Positions 1 through 9,819 of a stretch of DNA of 64,000 nt are shown here, piece by piece. Source of the stretch: Blastocatellia bacterium (lineage in GTDB: Bacteria > Acidobacteriota > Blastocatellia > UBA7656); NCBI GenBank assembly GCA_963765495.1, contig CAVXWP010000007.1, forward strand, positions 384,001-448,000, read 5' to 3'. Numbering within the stretch: the first letter of the stretch is position 1; each line of letters begins with the position of its first letter. The notes beneath the pieces are model-generated. The model did no database searches and was not told where the DNA came from. It saw only the letters and a list, made by a program, of their open reading frames with translations. The position numbers and the translations under genes are program-made.

Positions 1-10
1 AGATCTGAAA

Positions 11-1420
11 TTGACAAATTTTTTACAGATGGCTATCACATTCGCCCTGGTTCTGGGGGGAATGGTCGTAATTCATGAATTTGGTCATTTTATCGTGGCA
101 AAATTTTTCGGTATTCGCGTTGAAGCCTTCAGCGTGGGTTTCGGGAAACGGTTATGGGGATTTCGTAAAGGTGACACTGATTACAGGTTAAGCCTGATCC
201 CTCTGGGCGGTTACGTCAAGATGGCCGGAGAGAATCTGGATGAACAGGTCACGGGTGCGCCTTACGAATTCATGTCCAAGCCTAAATGGCAGCGTTTCTG
301 CGTGGCCGTAGCCGGGCCTGTGATGAATATCCTGACGGCGATTGCCATACCCGCCGCGATGGCGATGATCTATTATGAGATGCCGGCTTTCGAGGGTCAC
401 CCGGCGGTCGTTAATGCTGTTGAGACAGGTTCTCCGGCTGAAAAGGCTGGTATAGAGCCGGGCGATTTGATTGTAAGCATCAACGGTCAGGAGACTCCTA
501 CCTGGCGCGATGCCGAGGACCTGGTACTGGTCAACCCCGACCAGGAAGTGCCTGTGGCGGTCAAGCGCAATGGAGCTACAAAAGAGCTGAATTTACACGT
601 CGGGACGTTTCAGGTCGAATCGGAAAAGATTGGATACGCGGGATTCAGACCCGATCCGGGGCCTAATGCGAAGATAGTCGTTCAAGCCGTTTCACCGGGC
701 GAGCCTGCCGCAGAGGCGGGTCTGAAGCCCGGCGATCAGATCGTCGCCGTCAATGGTACCCCGGTCGAGCAGAGTTTCTACGGCGAACAGAGGGTGATTC
801 AGGCCATAAGAACCAGCAACGGTCAACCCATAACACTTACAGTGAAACGCGGCGATGAAACGCTCGATATTCAAGGCACCCCTCGGATGAATGAAGGCGA
901 TTTACGTCTTGGGTTCTCGCAGCAACTGGAAGGCGAAGAAATGATAGTCGCGCGATTGGGTCCATTCGCCGCGATCAAATATTCGGTTGATATGAATGTG
1001 CGGATACTGCGACTGACGAAGACGGCAATCGCCCAGATTTTCGTAGGGCAACGATCAGCGCGCGATACGCTGACCGGCCCGGTCGGCATATTCAAGCTCT
1101 CAGGCCAGGCTGCCGAACAAGGTGCCGGATCGGTCTTTCGACTAATGGCCATACTTTCGCTCAACTTAGGTGTATTCAACCTCCTGCCCATACCAGTCCT
1201 CGACGGCGGGCTCATCTTCATGCTCCTGCTTGAGGCTTTGCTCGGGCTGTTCGGCCTGTCGCTGACCTTGCGGATCAAGGAAAGAATGATGACGGTTGGG
1301 TTTGTGATGTTGATGTTGCTTATGGGATTTGTGATCTTTAATGATATCTCGAAGCTTATCCCGAGCCGCAGCGCACCACAACCGCAGGCGGAACAACAAG
1401 CGCCTGCCACCAGTAAGTAG
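11..1420 (+). CDS. rseP: RIP metalloprotease RseP (M50, two PDZ domains)
   Basis: HEFGH zinc motif, FSVGFG, PLGGYVKM, two PDZ-like repeats (SPAEKAGIEPGD, EPAAEAGLKPGD), NLLPIPVLDGG. Confidence 0.95.
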   Translation: MTNFLQMAITFALVLGGMVVIHEFGHFIVAKFFGIRVEAFSVGFGKRLWGFRKGDTDYRLSLIPLGGYVKMAGENLDEQVTGAPYEFMSKPKWQRFCVAVAGPVMNILTAIAIPAAMAMIYYEMPAFEGHPAVVNAVETGSPAEKAGIEPGDLIVSINGQETPTWRDAEDLVLVNPDQEVPVAVKRNGATKELNLHVGTFQVESEKIGYAGFRPDPGPNAKIVVQAVSPGEPAAEAGLKPGDQIVAVNGTPVEQSFYGEQRVIQAIRTSNGQPITLTVKRGDETLDIQGTPRMNEGDLRLGFSQQLEGEEMIVARLGPFAAIKYSVDMNVRILRLTKTAIAQIFVGQRSARDTLTGPVGIFKLSGQAAEQGAGSVFRLMAILSLNLGVFNLLPIPVLDGGLIFMLLLEALLGLFGLSLTLRIKERMMTVGFVMLMLLMGFVIFNDISKLIPSRSAPQPQAEQQAPATSK

Positions 1421-1476
1421 TCACCAGTAAGTAGTCACCAGTAAGTAGCCACCAGTAAGTAGCCACCAGTAAGTGG
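1407..1476. repeat. 14-bp tandem repeat, 5 copies of (C/T)CACCAGTAAGT(A/G)G, starting in the last rseP codons
   Basis: Units read directly at 1407, 1421, 1435, 1449, 1463. Confidence 0.95.
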
Positions 1477-1567
1477 CCGGCCACAGAAGCCGGAAATTGT
1501 ATTCGAGCAAGTGGGATAGAATTTGTTTGACCCGATACGGATTATAGCCTCGCTGCAAAATTTATTA

Positions 1568-1596
1568 TTGATCTGACCTGTGGCGAGACTTATAAT
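1568..1596 (+). promoter_or_regulatory. Putative sigma70 promoter for the S8 protease
   Basis: TTGATC-N17-TATAAT, lying inside a long inverted repeat (1532-1605). Confidence 0.55.
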
Positions 1597-1734
1597 CCGT
1601 GTCGGAGTTGGCCCTCACCGACCAAGTCCCGAATCTTTTAATCAAATTTACAGCCCCTACACGATACTTCCTGCCCCAAGAATCACAGTTGTAATGCAAG
1701 TCATTACTGGATGTGTGTCTGTCGAGGTCCAAAA

Positions 1735-3393
1735 ATGAAGCAAGTTTCCCTAACTTTAGCACTAATTTTATGCTCAATAGTGCTTGTCCCTCACAACGAA
1801 GTTCATTCGCAAAAGCTGGTCACGCCTGCCGGGCGATATGCCGCAAATCAGTTGTTGGTCAAATTCAAGGCAGATGCCGGACAGGAATTTGTCCCCTCTG
1901 AAGCCATAGATGAGATGTGGTCGAGGAACGGTATTAAGGCTCACTCTTTGAAGGTTGCACTTCGAGACAATCTCTACCTCGTCAAGCTTGATGATGGAAC
2001 ATCGGTAGAGGACGCGATTGAGCGGGCGGCGGCCGATCCGCGTGTCGAGTATGCCGAACCGGATTTTCTCTTATATCCCGCGACGACTATGCCTAACGAT
2101 GCCCTGTTCTCTCAGATGTGGGGATTGATGAACATAGGTTTAGGCGTAGGCAAGCCCGGTGCCGACATCAGCGCCACTCGCGCCTGGGACCTGACCACAG
2201 GCAGCCCGGATGTCGTAGTCGCTGTCATAGATACGGGCGCGGACCTGTCGCATCCCGACCTTGCTCCGAATGCCTGGGTGAACACTCGCGAAGTTGCGGG
2301 CAACGGCGTAGATGATGACAACAACGGCTATGTTGACGATATAAACGGATGGAATTTCAGGTCGAATAACAATCGCTATTTCGATGATCCCCAGGGCGAT
2401 TTTCACGGCACTCACGTATCGGGCACGATAGGCGCTGCGGGCAATAATGGTATCGGAGTGGCCGGAGTGGCCTGGCGCGTGAAGATCATGTCGCTCAAGT
2501 TCATCGGCAAAGAGAGCGGCGCAACATCAGATGCCGTGAAGGCGATCAATTATGTGATAGATCAAAAGAAGCGAGGCGTAAACGTCCGCGTCATCAACGC
2601 AAGCTGGATTGGGGCCGGGACGTCGTCGTCTTTGCGTAAGGCGATCACGGATGCGGGCGCTGCGGGCATTCTTTTCGTAGCCGCTGCGGGTAACGGCGGT
2701 GACGATCATCTTGGCGACGATATGGATCGCGTACCGGATTATCCCGGTGCCTGGGGCGGAGAGATTGACTCGCTTATAAGCGTTGCAGCCCTGGATAGAG
2801 CCGATAAACTCGCATCCTTTTCCAATTATGGTCACAGCAACGTGAACGTCGGAGCGCCCGGTGTTGAGATACTCAGCACGCTCCCCGGAGGCGGATACGG
2901 GTACGCGAGCGGGACTTCGATGGCCACGCCTCACGTAGCCGGCATAGCTGCGCTCTTGTGGGCAAGTGATTCATCACTCAAGCCTTCTCAGGTCAAACAG
3001 CGAATCATTTCGACCAGCACGCCCGTCTTGGCCCTTGCATCGATTGTGTCGAGTTCCGGTCGCGCAAACGCTTACAACGCGTTGACCCGCACCTTCGAGC
3101 CGCCAGACGGCCCTCAGGTAGCTTCGGTGAATACGAACAAGAAATGGCTGACCGTCAATGGCATCGGCATTGTGCGAGGCGAAACCGTTGTCGAAGTCAA
3201 TGGGGTGGCGCAAACGGGCAAGACGAAATACATTAACACATATTCGCTTGCAGACGGTTCGCCTACGCGGTTCAAGGTCAAGCTTGGCAAGACGGGTATG
3301 AATTCCAGTATCCCTGTCGGCACACAAGTCACCGTCACCTTGTTCGATCCGGCCACAGGCAGGCGGTCGGCTCCTTTCTTTTATGTCAGATAG
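1735..3393 (+). CDS. Secreted S8 (subtilisin-family) serine protease with prodomain and C-terminal Ig-like domain
   Basis: Catalytic triad motifs VIDTG, HGTHVSG, GTSMATP; signal peptide; GAGG RBS before ATG 1735. Confidence 0.93.
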   Translation: MKQVSLTLALILCSIVLVPHNEVHSQKLVTPAGRYAANQLLVKFKADAGQEFVPSEAIDEMWSRNGIKAHSLKVALRDNLYLVKLDDGTSVEDAIERAAADPRVEYAEPDFLLYPATTMPNDALFSQMWGLMNIGLGVGKPGADISATRAWDLTTGSPDVVVAVIDTGADLSHPDLAPNAWVNTREVAGNGVDDDNNGYVDDINGWNFRSNNNRYFDDPQGDFHGTHVSGTIGAAGNNGIGVAGVAWRVKIMSLKFIGKESGATSDAVKAINYVIDQKKRGVNVRVINASWIGAGTSSSLRKAITDAGAAGILFVAAAGNGGDDHLGDDMDRVPDYPGAWGGEIDSLISVAALDRADKLASFSNYGHSNVNVGAPGVEILSTLPGGGYGYASGTSMATPHVAGIAALLWASDSSLKPSQVKQRIISTSTPVLALASIVSSSGRANAYNALTRTFEPPDGPQVASVNTNKKWLTVNGIGIVRGETVVEVNGVAQTGKTKYINTYSLADGSPTRFKVKLGKTGMNSSIPVGTQVTVTLFDPATGRRSAPFFYVR

Positions 3394-3403
3394 CCGCGCA
3401 TAA

Positions 3404-3458
3404 GCGTCTTTGCGTCTTTGCGAGCAATAGTTTTCGCAAAGACGCAAAGTTCGCAAAG
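3404..3458. repeat. Inverted short tandem repeat element (GCGTCTTT)n / (CGCAAAG..)n
   Basis: gcgtctttgcgtctttgcga ... tcgcaaagacgcaaagttcgcaaag. Confidence 0.8.
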
Positions 3459-3625
3459 CACACTCAAACTCTCTCAAATATTTTTGTGACTCGCCACAGT
3501 CAGGTTGTCGCATGAACATCAGAGTGTATTGACTGGCTGACCTTCATTGTCAACTTGCTCTCCACATAATCCGACGCCTCTGATAAACTGCTGAATCAAA
3601 TTCTGCGAACCGGGAGATTGCGCGA

Positions 3626-3958
3626 ATGAATGAAAGCAAGACCGCAGCGCCGACCGATGCGCTTATTGCCCTGATTAAATCTTCGCTTACGTCGGAAGGA
3701 AATCAAGCGTTCGGACAGGTCGTGCTCTACACAACATTCGGCGTTGTGCGCGGGCACATAAGCATATCTTTTGGCCAGGGGCTGGCGGGCAAAGAAGTGA
3801 ATCGATCGCCTGACACCTCTCTCCGTCTTGATGTGATCGAACTCAACGATGTCAATGTAGAGCATTATTCGAATCATCTTCCAACGGCCAGCTTCGACCG
3901 TCTGTATGTGCGGCTGATTGATATTCAGGGGTTTGCGCTTGTTGGAAAGCCTGCGTAA
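3626..3958 (+). CDS. Hypothetical 110-aa protein, possibly GvpU/Sm-like beta fold
   Basis: GGAG RBS, ATG; pattern VVLYTTFGVVRGHIS...IELNDVNVE...VRLIDIQGFAL. Confidence 0.7.
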   Translation: MNESKTAAPTDALIALIKSSLTSEGNQAFGQVVLYTTFGVVRGHISISFGQGLAGKEVNRSPDTSLRLDVIELNDVNVEHYSNHLPTASFDRLYVRLIDIQGFALVGKPA

Positions 3959-3981
3959 AGTTCTCTGCCCGCGCTGCCGTT

Positions 3982-6708
3982 TTACTTTACCCTCATTACT
4001 ACAAGAGTCAGATCATCGTGTTGCGGTCTGTCGCCTACCCAGTCGCGGACGCTTGCAACGATACGGTCGGTCATTTCTGCCGCCGACAGCTGACCGTCCG
4101 TCGATATCATGGTTTGCAATCTAGCTTCCCCAAATTCCTCGCCTTCCGAGTTGAGCGCTTCCGTCACGCCGTCCGTGTAGGCCACAAGCAAATCCCCGCT
4201 GCTCATCTGTATGGCCTCCTGTTCATAATTGCAACTGTAGAAGGCTCCGATCACCGGGCCACCCGTGGTCAGCAGGCTGACTTCTCTTGAATCCCGGTCA
4301 GCCTTTGCCATCGCCATGCTAGTTCCGGCATCAGTCGAGGCGGCCATTTTTTGTCCCGCGCCTTGCGCCTTTATAGCCGTTTCCGCTCGCACAAGCATGG
4401 GCGGGTTGTGCCCCGCGTTTACGTAGGTCAGCACGCCGGTCTCCTGTTCAAACTGAGCGTAAAAGAAAGTCGCATAGCTGTTTGAATCCGTAGAAACGTG
4501 AAGCAAACGGTTCATGGAAGATACCAGCTCCACGAGTTTGCCGTTCACCGAAGGGGCCTGGCTTCTGAGCGAAGCCTGAACGGTTGACATCAAAAGTGCC
4601 GCCGAAATGCCTTTGCCCGCCACATCGGCTACGGCGATGCCTACCCTGTCCTGATCGAGTAATATGAAATCATAGTAATCGCCGCCGACCCCGCGAGCCG
4701 GATGGCAGATGCCCGAAAGATCGAGCCGCTCGACCTGTGGAGGTCGATCTGGAAACAACCTTCTCTGTACGGCGGTCGCGATATCGAGTTCGTGTCTGAG
4801 CCGCTCTTCTTCGGCGATCTCGCGAACCAGTTGCGAATTCTGAATGGCGAAAGCCATCTGCCACGCCACGGCCATCAAGAGGTTCCTGTCTTCACGCGAG
4901 AAGGGCAGGTCTCCGAGACGCGGACCTAAAGAGACTATGGCGAGCAACTGGTCTTTCATCGCGACCGGCAGCAGTAAAGCCGAGCGCACACGGGTGAGCG
5001 CCTTGCGTTCCTGCTTGCGGGCCTCGGTGGCAGCCGCGTTGTGCGGCGCTCGTGGTCGCGGCCATACGACAGGGCCTTCCTGATCCATAGTGATCGGCAT
5101 CTGGGTTTGCATCAAACGCGCCACGATGATTCCTTCACGAGGCAGAAAAAGAGATCGGTCTATATCGGCAGTGCTCTCGCCGTGATCGGTGAGTTGAGAA
5201 GAGATCGCGCAGGTATAGTTGTCCGACTCTTCACCGTGCAAAAATATGGTCACATTCTCTATGTGAAGAGCGATTTGAATTCTGGCCACCGTAAGTTCGA
5301 GCAGTTGCTTTACGGTCGTCACCGTGCGCATTGCCTGTCCGAGGTCTGAAAGCACCTGATGCGCGTCATAGGCTTCACGAAAAAAACGACGGTCAATGAT
5401 CGGCATTACGCGCTGGTTGACAAACGTCAGCAGCAATATAGCTATGGCGGTCGCTCCCATCGTGACTATGATGTCTGCGCGATTGCCCAGTTGGTCTATT
5501 GCCGCCATCCGGCTTCCGGTGAGCAGAAAACTGAGCAGCGTAAATACAACCAGCGCCTGGATGATTATGAATCCGCGCGAGACTAGCAGGTATCGCACGC
5601 CGCGCCGCAAAATGATCCTTATCGGAATGACCTGATGGCGGACTATGGCGTAGGCGAAAGAGAGCGGGAACAACGGAAACGCAAAGAACGCGATGACGCT
5701 CAACCAGCGCGATAGCGACGGGTTTTCATTCGGCAGATTGAACAAAAAGGCCAGCCCCACAAACAGCGACATAGGCAGAAAGCCCGCGATGCATCCGGCC
5801 ACGACCACGCGCATCTTTCGCCGCGATGCCCTGCCTGCCTCTCGATAATTGATCAGCAGAGACATCAGCCCCCCGGCGAAATAGGCTATTCCGAGGACCG
5901 TCAGCAATCCATTAACCCATGGAAAGCCGTCACGCAGATGAGCGGCTCGCTCCGGCGCAACGGCTGCCAGGACATTCAGCACAGCCAGATAAGGGAAGAC
6001 CGTCACGAGGTGCGGCAGGTAAAGATAAAACTCGATCTTTGGAAATTTGCGGACAAGCGATGACGGCTCCGGGAATATCAGAAAAAAGTGAAAGAATACG
6101 GGGTAGAAAAATAGGGCTATCAGATGTATAGCCAGCATTATGGGAACGAGCCACGGGCTGACACCGGCAAACGAAGGAACGGTTGCGGGGGGCACAAAGA
6201 TAAATGTGGCGAACATGAAAGCGAGCAATAATGCCTGCTTGTCAAAAGGCTTGAGCAGAAATACCGCAAAGCCTGTGATAAGAAAGATAGCCGGTATAGT
6301 CACGGCCAGCATCGTAACGAGGCTCAGGGGCACCGACGCGGCGCGAAGCGTGTATCGATACTCCTGGGTGCCCCGGCGTATCGTGATCGTGTAGGGATCG
6401 ACTGATTCAAGCTTGCGAATCGCTTCGAGCGCCAGAGCGCCGGGCGTGATTGGCTGGCCGTCCATCTCTATGATCTCGTCGCCGTTTTCAAGGACGGCGG
6501 CGGGGCCCTTCGGGTCCACCTGCGTGATTATTATGTGACCGTTGCGTAAGGTAGGAGACCATCCTTTTTCGCTTGTGTGGGCAGGTGTGGCGAGCAACCT
6601 GTAGGTCATCGCTCCGGCGTAGACAAAAAGCAGGCCGAAGAAGAGGATTCCCAGAATTAATTGTAAGCGCTTCGACATACTTTTATACCAAAACATGGAA
6701 TATATCAC
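3982..6708 (-). CDS. Membrane PDZ-GAF-SpoIIE (PP2C, RsbU-like) phosphatase
   Basis: N-terminal PDZ, multiple TM helices, GAF, GGDYYD, ADVAGKG, YTDG, HDDLT motifs; start may be ATG 6678. Confidence 0.92.
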   Translation of the reverse strand: MIYSMFWYKSMSKRLQLILGILFFGLLFVYAGAMTYRLLATPAHTSEKGWSPTLRNGHIIITQVDPKGPAAVLENGDEIIEMDGQPITPGALALEAIRKLESVDPYTITIRRGTQEYRYTLRAASVPLSLVTMLAVTIPAIFLITGFAVFLLKPFDKQALLLAFMFATFIFVPPATVPSFAGVSPWLVPIMLAIHLIALFFYPVFFHFFLIFPEPSSLVRKFPKIEFYLYLPHLVTVFPYLAVLNVLAAVAPERAAHLRDGFPWVNGLLTVLGIAYFAGGLMSLLINYREAGRASRRKMRVVVAGCIAGFLPMSLFVGLAFLFNLPNENPSLSRWLSVIAFFAFPLFPLSFAYAIVRHQVIPIRIILRRGVRYLLVSRGFIIIQALVVFTLLSFLLTGSRMAAIDQLGNRADIIVTMGATAIAILLLTFVNQRVMPIIDRRFFREAYDAHQVLSDLGQAMRTVTTVKQLLELTVARIQIALHIENVTIFLHGEESDNYTCAISSQLTDHGESTADIDRSLFLPREGIIVARLMQTQMPITMDQEGPVVWPRPRAPHNAAATEARKQERKALTRVRSALLLPVAMKDQLLAIVSLGPRLGDLPFSREDRNLLMAVAWQMAFAIQNSQLVREIAEEERLRHELDIATAVQRRLFPDRPPQVERLDLSGICHPARGVGGDYYDFILLDQDRVGIAVADVAGKGISAALLMSTVQASLRSQAPSVNGKLVELVSSMNRLLHVSTDSNSYATFFYAQFEQETGVLTYVNAGHNPPMLVRAETAIKAQGAGQKMAASTDAGTSMAMAKADRDSREVSLLTTGGPVIGAFYSCNYEQEAIQMSSGDLLVAYTDGVTEALNSEGEEFGEARLQTMISTDGQLSAAEMTDRIVASVRDWVGDRPQHDDLTLVVMRVK

Positions 6709-6749
6709 AGGCGGACGGGGCGGCTAAAGATTCCGGGAAGATGCGCTAA

Positions 6750-6779
6750 TTGACACGCCCTCATGCGTGTTGTTACGAT
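6750..6779 (+). promoter_or_regulatory. Putative sigma70 promoter for the kinase
   Basis: TTGACA-N18-TACGAT with TG extended -10. Confidence 0.5.
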
Positions 6780-6824
6780 AATCTGCTGAAAGACCTTTCA
6801 GCCTGCACCTGGAGATAATTGAGG

Positions 6825-8927
6825 ATGAAGCGATGCCCTTCCTGTAAACAAGAGTTTGAGGAGCATCTGCTTTTCTGTCCGCACGACGGACAGGCGCTCG
6901 CCAAAGAAGTCATAGAAGATAGCCTGGTCGGCACACTCTTCGACGATAAATACCATATTGACGCGAAGATCGGACAGGGCGGAATGGGGAAAGTCTACAA
7001 GGCCACCCACGTCCATATGGATTACGAAGTCGCTCTCAAGGTTCTCCACCAGCATCTATCCTCCGATCAGACGGCCGTAAAACGATTCCGGCAAGAGGCC
7101 CGCGCAACCGCTCAGATACGACATCCCAATGCCGTCGCCGTGACCGATTTCGGAGTCACAAAAGATACGGGCACAGCCTATCTGGTCATGGAATTTCTGG
7201 AAGGCTCCGACCTGAGAAAGAGAATAAAAGAGCAGAAAAGGCTCGATCTGGAAGAGAGCTTTATAATAATCCAGCAGGCGTGTTCGGCATTATACGCGGC
7301 CCATTCGAAAGGCATAATCCATCGCGATCTCAAACCCGATAATATCTGGCTCTGCACTTCGGCCGAAGGCATATTGCAGGTTAAGGTGCTCGATTTTGGG
7401 ATAGCCAAGCTCAAATTCAAAGCCGATACGGGAACTCTGACGCAGGACGGCATGATAGTCGGAACGCCCTATTACATGTCGCCTGAGCAGTGCCGGGGCG
7501 AGGAACTCGATGCGAGGTCAGACATATACAGCATCGGGGTCATCCTCTATGAGATGCTGACCGGGCAGGTCCCGTTTCATGCTCCTACGCCAATGGGCAT
7601 CGTGCTCAAGCACGCTATGGAAGCGCCTCAACCGCCTCACGAGTTGCGCCCGGACCTTCCCAACGAGATAGAAGCAGTCATCCTAAGACTGCTGAATAAG
7701 AAACGCGAAGATCGTCCGGCATCGGCAAACGAGCTTGTGCAGGAATTTGAGGCCGCTATTTACAGGGCCGGAATAGACCTCAGGATGATGGAGACAAGCA
7801 CGCCCCAGTCTCCGTTTGCGGCGACGCTTCATCCGCCGGTTTTTACTACGGGCGGAGGCGAGTCCGCGCAGCGGACAAGGCCCGGCCAGTCTGCCGACAC
7901 CGCCGGAATGGATGACGGTCAATCGGGCAATGCGGGGATGGTTGTCAACACGACCGCGCCCGTTGCACAAAACTCCGCGCCGTATCCGGCCACCGTGTTA
8001 TCTCAACCCGGGCAAGAAGTTTTTTCACAGCCATCGGCCACACCCTGGCCCGCAAATCAGGCTCAGGGGTCGAGCGTGATAGCTACGGGGCGGCGGGCAA
8101 ATTTCGCGCTCTTGTTTGGTGCTATCGCTGCCGTTGCGATCATCGGGTTGATAATCGCCGTCATCATCTGGACTCAACGAGTGCCTGTAAGCAAGCCCGA
8201 ACCGTCAACGGCTGGAACAACTTCTCAGCCGGTCATAAAAAAAGAGACACCCCCGCCTGCTCCCCCCGAAGGAATGGTCTATATCCCCGGCGGCAAATTT
8301 ATAATGGGCTACGACAAAAGCAGCGAGCCTTCGGAAAAACCCGAGCACGAAATGGAGGTCGCGCCGTTTTTCCTCGACAAGTATGAAGTGACGGTCGAAG
8401 AGTATTATCGGTTCATCAAGGCGAGGAATCGTCAAGCGCCCGAAAACTGGTCCGACGACTGGAAAAACGGCTATTTCAAACCGGGGGAGGCGCGGTTGCC
8501 CGTGACCGAAGTAAGCTGGTTTGACGCCAAGGCATATGCCGACTGGGCAGGGAAGCGGCTGCCGACCGAATCCGAATGGGAGTATGCCGCTCGCGGAACC
8601 GATAAGAAGCTCTTTCCGTGGGGCAATGAGTTCAACGCGAAGTTCGCCAACGTGGGCACAGCAAAGCCCTCGCCGGTTGGCAGTTATAGCGAGGGCAAGA
8701 GCGTCTTTGGTGTTTATGATCTTGCCGGAAACGTAGCCGAGTGGACCGATTCGGATTCGCTACCCTATCCGGGCAGCAAGGTTGATCCTTTGCCCGGCAA
8801 GATAGTGCGCGGAGGCAGTTTTGCCAAGCCCGTAGTCTTTGCCATGGCAACAAGCCGCGCCGCCTTTCTTCAGGACCGCGTCAGCACGGACCTCGGTTTT
8901 CGCTGCGCGATGAATGTGCCTCAGTAA
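6825..8927 (+). CDS. Hanks-type Ser/Thr protein kinase with TM helix and C-terminal FGE-sulfatase (SUMF1) domain
   Basis: GQGGMG, HRDLKPDN, DFG, GTPYYMSPE; RLPTESEWEYAARG, DLAGNVAEW, GFRCA; N-terminal CxxC zinc ribbon. Confidence 0.95.
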   Translation: MKRCPSCKQEFEEHLLFCPHDGQALAKEVIEDSLVGTLFDDKYHIDAKIGQGGMGKVYKATHVHMDYEVALKVLHQHLSSDQTAVKRFRQEARATAQIRHPNAVAVTDFGVTKDTGTAYLVMEFLEGSDLRKRIKEQKRLDLEESFIIIQQACSALYAAHSKGIIHRDLKPDNIWLCTSAEGILQVKVLDFGIAKLKFKADTGTLTQDGMIVGTPYYMSPEQCRGEELDARSDIYSIGVILYEMLTGQVPFHAPTPMGIVLKHAMEAPQPPHELRPDLPNEIEAVILRLLNKKREDRPASANELVQEFEAAIYRAGIDLRMMETSTPQSPFAATLHPPVFTTGGGESAQRTRPGQSADTAGMDDGQSGNAGMVVNTTAPVAQNSAPYPATVLSQPGQEVFSQPSATPWPANQAQGSSVIATGRRANFALLFGAIAAVAIIGLIIAVIIWTQRVPVSKPEPSTAGTTSQPVIKKETPPPAPPEGMVYIPGGKFIMGYDKSSEPSEKPEHEMEVAPFFLDKYEVTVEEYYRFIKARNRQAPENWSDDWKNGYFKPGEARLPVTEVSWFDAKAYADWAGKRLPTESEWEYAARGTDKKLFPWGNEFNAKFANVGTAKPSPVGSYSEGKSVFGVYDLAGNVAEWTDSDSLPYPGSKVDPLPGKIVRGGSFAKPVVFAMATSRAAFLQDRVSTDLGFRCAMNVPQ

Positions 8928-9011
8928 TCAAAAAACTATTGAAATAACCCGTCTTTGCCTCGATAATCCACGCCATACTAAATCAATTCGCCCTCGGAAA
9001 GAGGTCTGGCC

Positions 9012-9545
9012 TTGAAGAAAGAGCATCTTTTGATCGGAGTGATAACGTTTCTCACTCTCTCAATCACCGTCGTAGTCTTCGCGCAACTGAGAAACATTTC
9101 GCGAGAGCGAACGCCAAAGCTGACCACCGACGATGTGAAGAGCGGGTCACCTCCCGCGGCGTCTTCGCGCGGCCCGGTAGAACCGGCGAGCGGCAGCATA
9201 AGCTGGCAAAGAGATCTCTCTCACGCGCTCAATCTTGCCAATGCCGAAGGCAAGGTAGTGGTAGTTGATGTTTATACGGACTGGTGCGGCTGGTGCAAGA
9301 AGATGGATCAGGTCATCTACACCGATGCGACCGTCGTGGGGCTCAGTCGCCAGGAGATCTTTCTAAAACTCAACGCGGAAGATGGCGGACAGGGCGAGCA
9401 ATTCGCCCGCCAGATGGGCGTCAGAGGATACCCGACCACTGTGGTCTTAGACAGCCGGGGCCGCAAACTCGATTTGGCCAGGGGCTATCTTGGATCACCG
9501 CAGAACTTCATCAGATTTGTCGAGAACGCGCGAGCCGCCAACTAA
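9012..9545 (+). CDS. Membrane-anchored thioredoxin-family protein
   Basis: WCGWC, GYPT cis-Pro loop, N-terminal hydrophobic helix, GAGG RBS before TTG. Confidence 0.88.
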   Translation: MKKEHLLIGVITFLTLSITVVVFAQLRNISRERTPKLTTDDVKSGSPPAASSRGPVEPASGSISWQRDLSHALNLANAEGKVVVVDVYTDWCGWCKKMDQVIYTDATVVGLSRQEIFLKLNAEDGGQGEQFARQMGVRGYPTTVVLDSRGRKLDLARGYLGSPQNFIRFVENARAAN

Positions 9546-9551
9546 CTCAAA

Positions 9552-9660
9552 ATGATGCGTGAACCGTGATGCGCGATGCGTGATGCGTGATGCGTGACCC
9601 GGAGATTGGCAAGTACCTGTTAACAGCCATTTGCCTGAAAATCACAGATCACGCATCACC
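9552..9660. repeat. Heptamer tandem/inverted repeat element (TGATGCG)n ... (ATCACGC)
   Basis: gtgatgcgcgatgcgtgatgcgtgatgcgtga and inverse atcacagatcacgcatcac. Confidence 0.8.
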
Positions 9661-9819
9661 CTTGATTTTATTGCGATTTTCTAGCTATTGACCTGCCGCC
9701 TTGAACCAGGCGGCCCGGATGATATAATGACCGCCTGTGGGTCGTATTGCCCTGATGCCCGGTCGCGCCCCAGGCTGTAATCTTTGTTTTCTCAGCAGGT
9801 TCAAATACAAGGGAAGCTT

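Noticed and set aside
1407-1476. CRISPR-like array after rseP
   Set aside because: Units are contiguous 14-mers with no spacers, and there are no cas genes
8270-8927. FGE-sulfatase (C-type-lectin fold) domain as a diversity-generating retroelement target
   Set aside because: No reverse transcriptase or adenine-variant template repeat found in the window; a remote DGR cannot be excluded
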